Shown here: positions 53,706 to 64,000 of the stretch, one piece after another
Position numbering within the stretch: the first letter of the stretch is position 1
How the letters are laid out: every line of letters begins with the position of its first letter
Assembly: GCA_963693365.1 (NCBI GenBank)
Contig: CAVNZM010000006.1
Coordinates: forward strand, 5,869,264-5,933,263
Origin: Amoebidium appalachense
Lineage: Eukaryota > Protista > Ichthyosporea
Direction of reading: 5' to 3'
Length of the DNA stretch: 64,000 nucleotides
Notes under the pieces: model-generated
Told to the model about the DNA's origin: nothing
What the model saw: the letters and a program-made list of their open reading frames with translations, nothing else
The model's database searches: none
Program-made: the position numbers and the translations under genes

Positions 53706-55667
53706 TGATGGTGTTCTGTTGTTCTGACACATCTCTTTTCTTTTTTTCCCTTTGAAACCGAACCTGGAACGGTCGGGGTTAGACTTTTGCAGTTTTGCCT
53801 GCTGCGGGTGCTGTGTTGATTTTGCTCGTATGATATTGATATTGCTCATATTTAAGTTCATAATCATTGTAGTAAGTATGTCTTGCTTTTTTTCTTTTTT
53901 ATTGTTGCATTCAGGATACACGCACGCGCACGCACATATATGTGCCCGCATGCAATCGTTTGCACACACACATACCCATACTGTAACGATATTTTATGTG
54001 TGACTGTACGGTGTTATGTATAAGCTGGTGAAACCAAGCACTGGTTTCGGCTGGTGGTTGTCCTTACTAGAATGCTCCATGATTATTTTTAACTATAGGA
54101 CACGGGGTCCCTCGTGCATTAATACATCTAAGTTATTGTTGAATTCGTGTATCAATACACTGCCCGTTTGATAGAATAAGGTGACAGCTGCATACCAATA
54201 TATGCTTTTGCTAAATACATAGATGCGACGCCAACCTTGGTTATTTCTAACAAAACTGTTGTGTTTGCCAAATATGGTTATTTCTAACAAAACTGTCGTA
54301 TGCCAAATATGGTTATTTCTTACAAAACCTTTCCACTAGGTGTATAAATACGTGAGGGCCCCCAGCACCTACCCATGCGTTTTGCATGCATAAACACGGT
54401 ACACTCCTGCTGCACTGAGGCTATAGTATACACCTTCACACATACCGCCGGGCTTACACTACACCTAAAAACACTACGAACTAGCTCTGAGTAATAGTGT
54501 AGTGTGCTTGCGACAGACTGAGTGTGTGTTCTTGCTGTGATGATGTTTGCAATTGCTGGTGTGCCAAAAGTGTTGCCCCCCCCCCCCCCCCCCCCCGTCC
54601 CCTCCCCCCCCCCCCCCCCCCCCCTCCCCCCAGGCCCCGGGAAAACCCCAATTGTTATATACACTTTGTATCCATCTTTTTGTGTTTGTCAACTCTTCCC
54701 CCCCCCCCCCCGCCGCCGCTATTCCACACCTAGGGTCCCCCCGGCACCTCCTGGACCCACCCCAAATTCCTCCCCCCCCCCCTCCCCCCCCTCCCCCTTT
54801 CCATAGCCGATGACCCAGCACACACCGTATTCTATCTCATATTTCTATTTGTGCCACATACTCCCCCCTCCCCTCCGCCGCCACCCCCCATCATCCCCCC
54901 CCCCCCTTCTCTCCCCCCCCCCCCCCCCTCCCTCCCCCCCCCCCCCCTCCCCCCGCCGGCGGCCCCCTCCCCTCTCTCCCCTCTTCGTGTGAAGTGGCAA
55001 GAATACATGATTGTGCTCGGTTATGATTCCCTGAGCTCACAAAAAATGGTTTCTGATTGGCCGGAAAGTTCACCTCAGGCTGATTGGTTATTTGGCGCCG
55101 TCCCGTCTCTAGGAAGAACATGCAAGTTGCCTTAAAAAACTACACACACGCCCTCATCAACCCCCCCCCCCCCTCTCCCCCCGCCCCCGCCCCTCCCCCC
55201 CCCCCCCTCCCCCCCTCCCTCCCCCCCCCCCCCCCCCCCCCCGTGTCCGCCCCTCCCCCTGCCCACCCCCCGCCCTCCCCCGGCCCCCTTCACACACCCA
55301 CACCCACACACTCATCACCACGACCAATCCACCAAATGGGAAAAAAGATCTATGGCCATGGATCCAGAAACAGCCGATTAAGGGAGGGAAAGTGATGCGC
55401 ACCCACGCGTGCCCATACATTTGCGTGAAGCGTGTGTGTGTACATGTGTGTGTGTTTGTGTGTGCGCTCGTGTGCGTGTGTGCGTGTGTGCGTGTGTGTG
55501 CGTGTGTGCGTGTGTGTGTGTGTGTGCTTGTGTGTGTGTGTGCTTGTGTGTATGTGTGCTTGTGTGCGTGTGTGCGTGTGTCACAGTGTGTGTGTGCGTG
55601 TGTGCATGCGTGCGTGTGTGCGTGTGTGCGTGTGTGCGTGTCACTGTGTGCGTGTGACACTGTGCGT

Positions 55668-55719
<52 letters not shown>

Positions 55720-56058
55720 CACTTGTCTGTGTCTGTCTCTCTCGGTGTGTGTTTGTGTGTGTTGTGTGTGTGTGCACGTGTGCATGTGTGTGAGAAGAGG
55801 GGGGGGGGGGGGGGGGGGGGGGACCTAGGCAGGTTAAGTGCGCTTACATGGGTGTGTGTGTGTGTGTGTGTATGCACGCGCCCGCGTGTGTGTGCGTGTG
55901 TGTGTTGTGTGCGTGTGGGCCCGGGGGAGGGGGATGGGGCGGGGGGGGGGAGGGGGGGGGGGGGGGGGTTCAAACTTCGCTTAACTGCATGGAATGCAAT
56001 CGTAGTGTTACCTATGACAGCCTGGGCATAGTTCTGTGGTGCAGCTTATGGCCGCGCG

Positions 56059-56128
<70 letters not shown>

Positions 56129-56308
56129 AACACACAGTTCCACAACATGTTAATAAATCCTATAATTCTACACGCACATACTTCTCCCCCTCTCCTCCCC
56201 CCCCCCCCCCTCCCCCCCCTCGGTTCACTGTCCACACAACCCAGCGCACCCCCCCCCCCTCCCCCCCCTCCAGGGCCTAACCAGATCCAGCTGGGTCAAC
56301 TTGCTCCG

Positions 56309-56675
56309 AGCAGAATTATTCTGCAAAAAGCAGAATTATTCTGCAAAAAGCAGAATAATTTAGCAGAATTATTCTGCAAAAGCAGATTATTCTGCAACAG
56401 CAGTATTATTGCTTTAAGTAGAATTATTCTGCAAAAAGCAGAATAATTTAGCAGAATTTTTCTGCAAAAGCAGATTATTCTGCATCAGAAGAATTAGTAG
56501 AATTATTCTGCAAACAGCAGAATCAATCTGGCAAAAGTATAATTATACTGCTGTTTGTGGAATTAATCTGCTAAAGGCAGAGTAACTCTGATGTTTGCAG
56601 AGTGATCCTGCTTTTACAAAATGATTCTGCCTTTGCAGAATAATTCGGCTTTTTGCAGAATAATTCCACTTTTTG
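56309..56675. repeat. Array of GCAGAATTATTCTGC palindromic units (possible transposon subterminal remnant)
   Basis: Many copies of AGCAGAATTATTCTGCAAAA, with reverse-complement copies at ~56630-56675. Confidence 0.8.
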
Positions 56676-56789
56676 AAAGTTCACTCTGACAATGTGGTTG
56701 GGGCGTCCCTCCCCTCCACGGACCCTTTCCCTACGCTCACTGCAGATTCGGATGAGTGAGCCAAGTAACATGGGCATACAACTGCCCCG

Positions 56790-56825
<36 letters not shown>

Positions 56826-57030
56826 CCCCCCCCCCCCCCCTACCCTCCCCAAGGAAAAAAGAAAAAAAAACATCATAACACGCCGTCATGACACATCGTG
56901 TACGTGTATGTATAGATGTGCGTGCGTGCGAGCGTGCGTGTGTGTGTGTGTGTGTGTGTGTGCGTTGTGTGCGTGCGTGTGTGCGTATGTGTAGTGCCTG
57001 TGTGGGTACGTGTGTGCCTGTGTGTGTGTG

Positions 57031-57100
<70 letters not shown>

Positions 57101-57101
57101 C

Positions 57102-57150
<49 letters not shown>

Positions 57151-57711
57151 CGGGCGCGTGTGGTATTACATACCATATGATCACAGTCAAGATATCCGGC
57201 ATGCATGGTGATGCACACGGATCAGCCCGGCACTGATAGTGACCCCCCCATATGATGGGCCACTTTTCGGGTGTGTACACGGGCACACGCATGGGAATGA
57301 GGGAGAGATTAAAGGAGGGGGGGAAGGAGGGAGGGAGGCAGGCGGGGAGGGGGCAGGGAGGATTGGGGGGGCGAGAGGGAGGGAGAGAGGGAGGTGGAGA
57401 GGGAGGGAGGGAGGGAGGGAGAGGGGGAGGGAGGGGAGGGGGGGGAGGGGGCGAGAAAGGGAGGGATGGAGGGGGAGAGGGGGGGGGGGAGGAAGGGGGG
57501 GAAGGAGGGAGGGGTGGGAAAGCGGGGTACAAGGGGGGGGGAGAGGGGAGGACGGAGGAAGGTTTGTGTGACTCGGTCTTGGAGAAAAAAGGGGTTCACC
57601 CACAATTCTTTTCAAGCTTTCATTAAGGGGTGTAACTCGTCAAATCAATCATATTCGAATTATCTATCCATCACAATGATAATCTGTATACTACTCTGAC
57701 GCCGCAAACCC

Positions 57712-57765
<54 letters not shown>

Positions 57766-58079
57766 AAAAAAAAAAAAATCCGTTTGTGTAACTGGACTTG
57801 ACATCTGTTGGTAGCACTAGCAGACATTCATTTCATCTCCTGTGGATTCAACATATCTTGTCTATAGTTTTTCGCGTATCATACCTGTTGGTAAATAAAC
57901 GTAAAGAGCACAATACATCTGATGTTATGGAGCACATGAGCGAAATTACAACCAACGGCATCTGGTGCAACATCTCCAAGATTTTCTGGTCGTGATACAA
58001 ATATTATCTCTGTATCAGGTGTCACAGTATATCAACATATCCAACGTTTAGAATTATATGCGCAAAATACCAAAATACC

Positions 58080-62895
<4,816 letters not shown>

Positions 62896-62924
62896 GTTCT
62901 GAAATCGTAAAAAAAGGAAAAGAA

Positions 62925-62966
<42 letters not shown>

Positions 62967-63480
62967 AAATGAACGAAAGAAAGACAAACAACACGACAGA
63001 AGAGAATATAATAAGAATGCGATGCTTTTGAAAAAATTGTAAGGGAAGAAGAGAAAGGAAAAGAAAAAAGAAAGGAGGAGGGAAAGGAAAGGAAAGAAAG
63101 CTTTCGGAAATGGAACGGAAAACGAAAAGGGAAAGAAAGGTGAAAAGGAAAAGCAAAGGAAAAGGGAAAAGGGACAAGAAGGAAAAATGGAAAAGAAAAC
63201 AAAAGAGAGAAAAGAAAAGAGAGCAAAAAGAAATAGAGTAGGTGATGGTGTGTTAATATCACCGAAAGGAGACTAGATGTGAGAGTGACGTGCCTTGAAA
63301 CGAAAAGAAAAGAAACGTGGGGGTTTCGGTTTGAAGCAGACGTCTTCGATCTTTTTTTTCTTTTTCTTTCTTTTTCTTTTTCTTTTCTTATTTTTCTCCC
63401 CGGCCTTCAAAAATGCACATGAGAATAAAGGTAGGAACTAAAAAGAAGACGAGAAAAAAGAAAAAAAGGAGAAAAAAAAA

Positions 63481-63511
<31 letters not shown>

Positions 63512-63569
63512 GGTTGTGACCTCAAGTTGAGTGATTAATCTGGTGTCATTGTAATCGTGCATGATCGTG

Positions 63570-63609
<40 letters not shown>

Positions 63610-64000
63610 GAAACATGATAATGGTGCCGGCATCACATTCGACAGCTACACACTATGTCTGACAGCTGTGACATGAAGGTGACGTGAGCACGAAACGGTC
63701 GCGTGTGAATTTGCCACACATGACATTAATATTTGAATCAAAGCACCGTGTGATCGCCGATAAAGGAACTAGAGGAAATGACGGTATAGTATCTTCTGTT
63801 GTATCAGGAGCAATGCTATTCTTAGCATTCCTTACTAATTATGATACCAAAGTGAATATTGAGTTATGTATATATGCATTGAGTAATCGACGAGTAGCAA
63901 CTCACATGAACCTCAGAGTCTCTGATATTTTCAATATTAGTGTGACATTGTGTAAAGCATGCTGACAGGTAAAGATGGAGTATGTCACATGTGCCTATTA

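Overview
Eukaryotic (probably protist) genomic DNA with GT-AG introns full of poly-C/poly-G, (CA)n/(TG)n and (CT)n tracts. Most short ORFs in the track are microsatellite noise. The organism cannot be identified from sequence alone. Supported content, in order: the 3' part of a DUF455 ferritin-like gene; an intronless ~7-TM orphan; and a full-length 14.9-kb non-LTR retrotransposon (7638-22508, 16-bp TSD, poly-A, zinc-knuckle ORF1, APE-RT-RNase H ORF2). That element carries a ~4.5-kb in-frame Gln/Pro tandem array between endonuclease and RT, plus a nested solo LTR. Then follow a ~15-exon Spinster-like MFS transporter gene with an intronic tRNA-Asn, a MITE, a minisatellite, a secreted Lys/Tyr-rich repeat protein, a Ginger-like TIR transposon with an intron-split integrase, an F-box/LRR-like pseudogene, and a minus-strand multi-exon MBD(-PHD-SET-like) chromatin gene. 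The most unusual object is the retrotransposon's giant low-complexity linker. All calls are by eye, with no database searches. Frameshifts in long homopolymers may be assembly errors.
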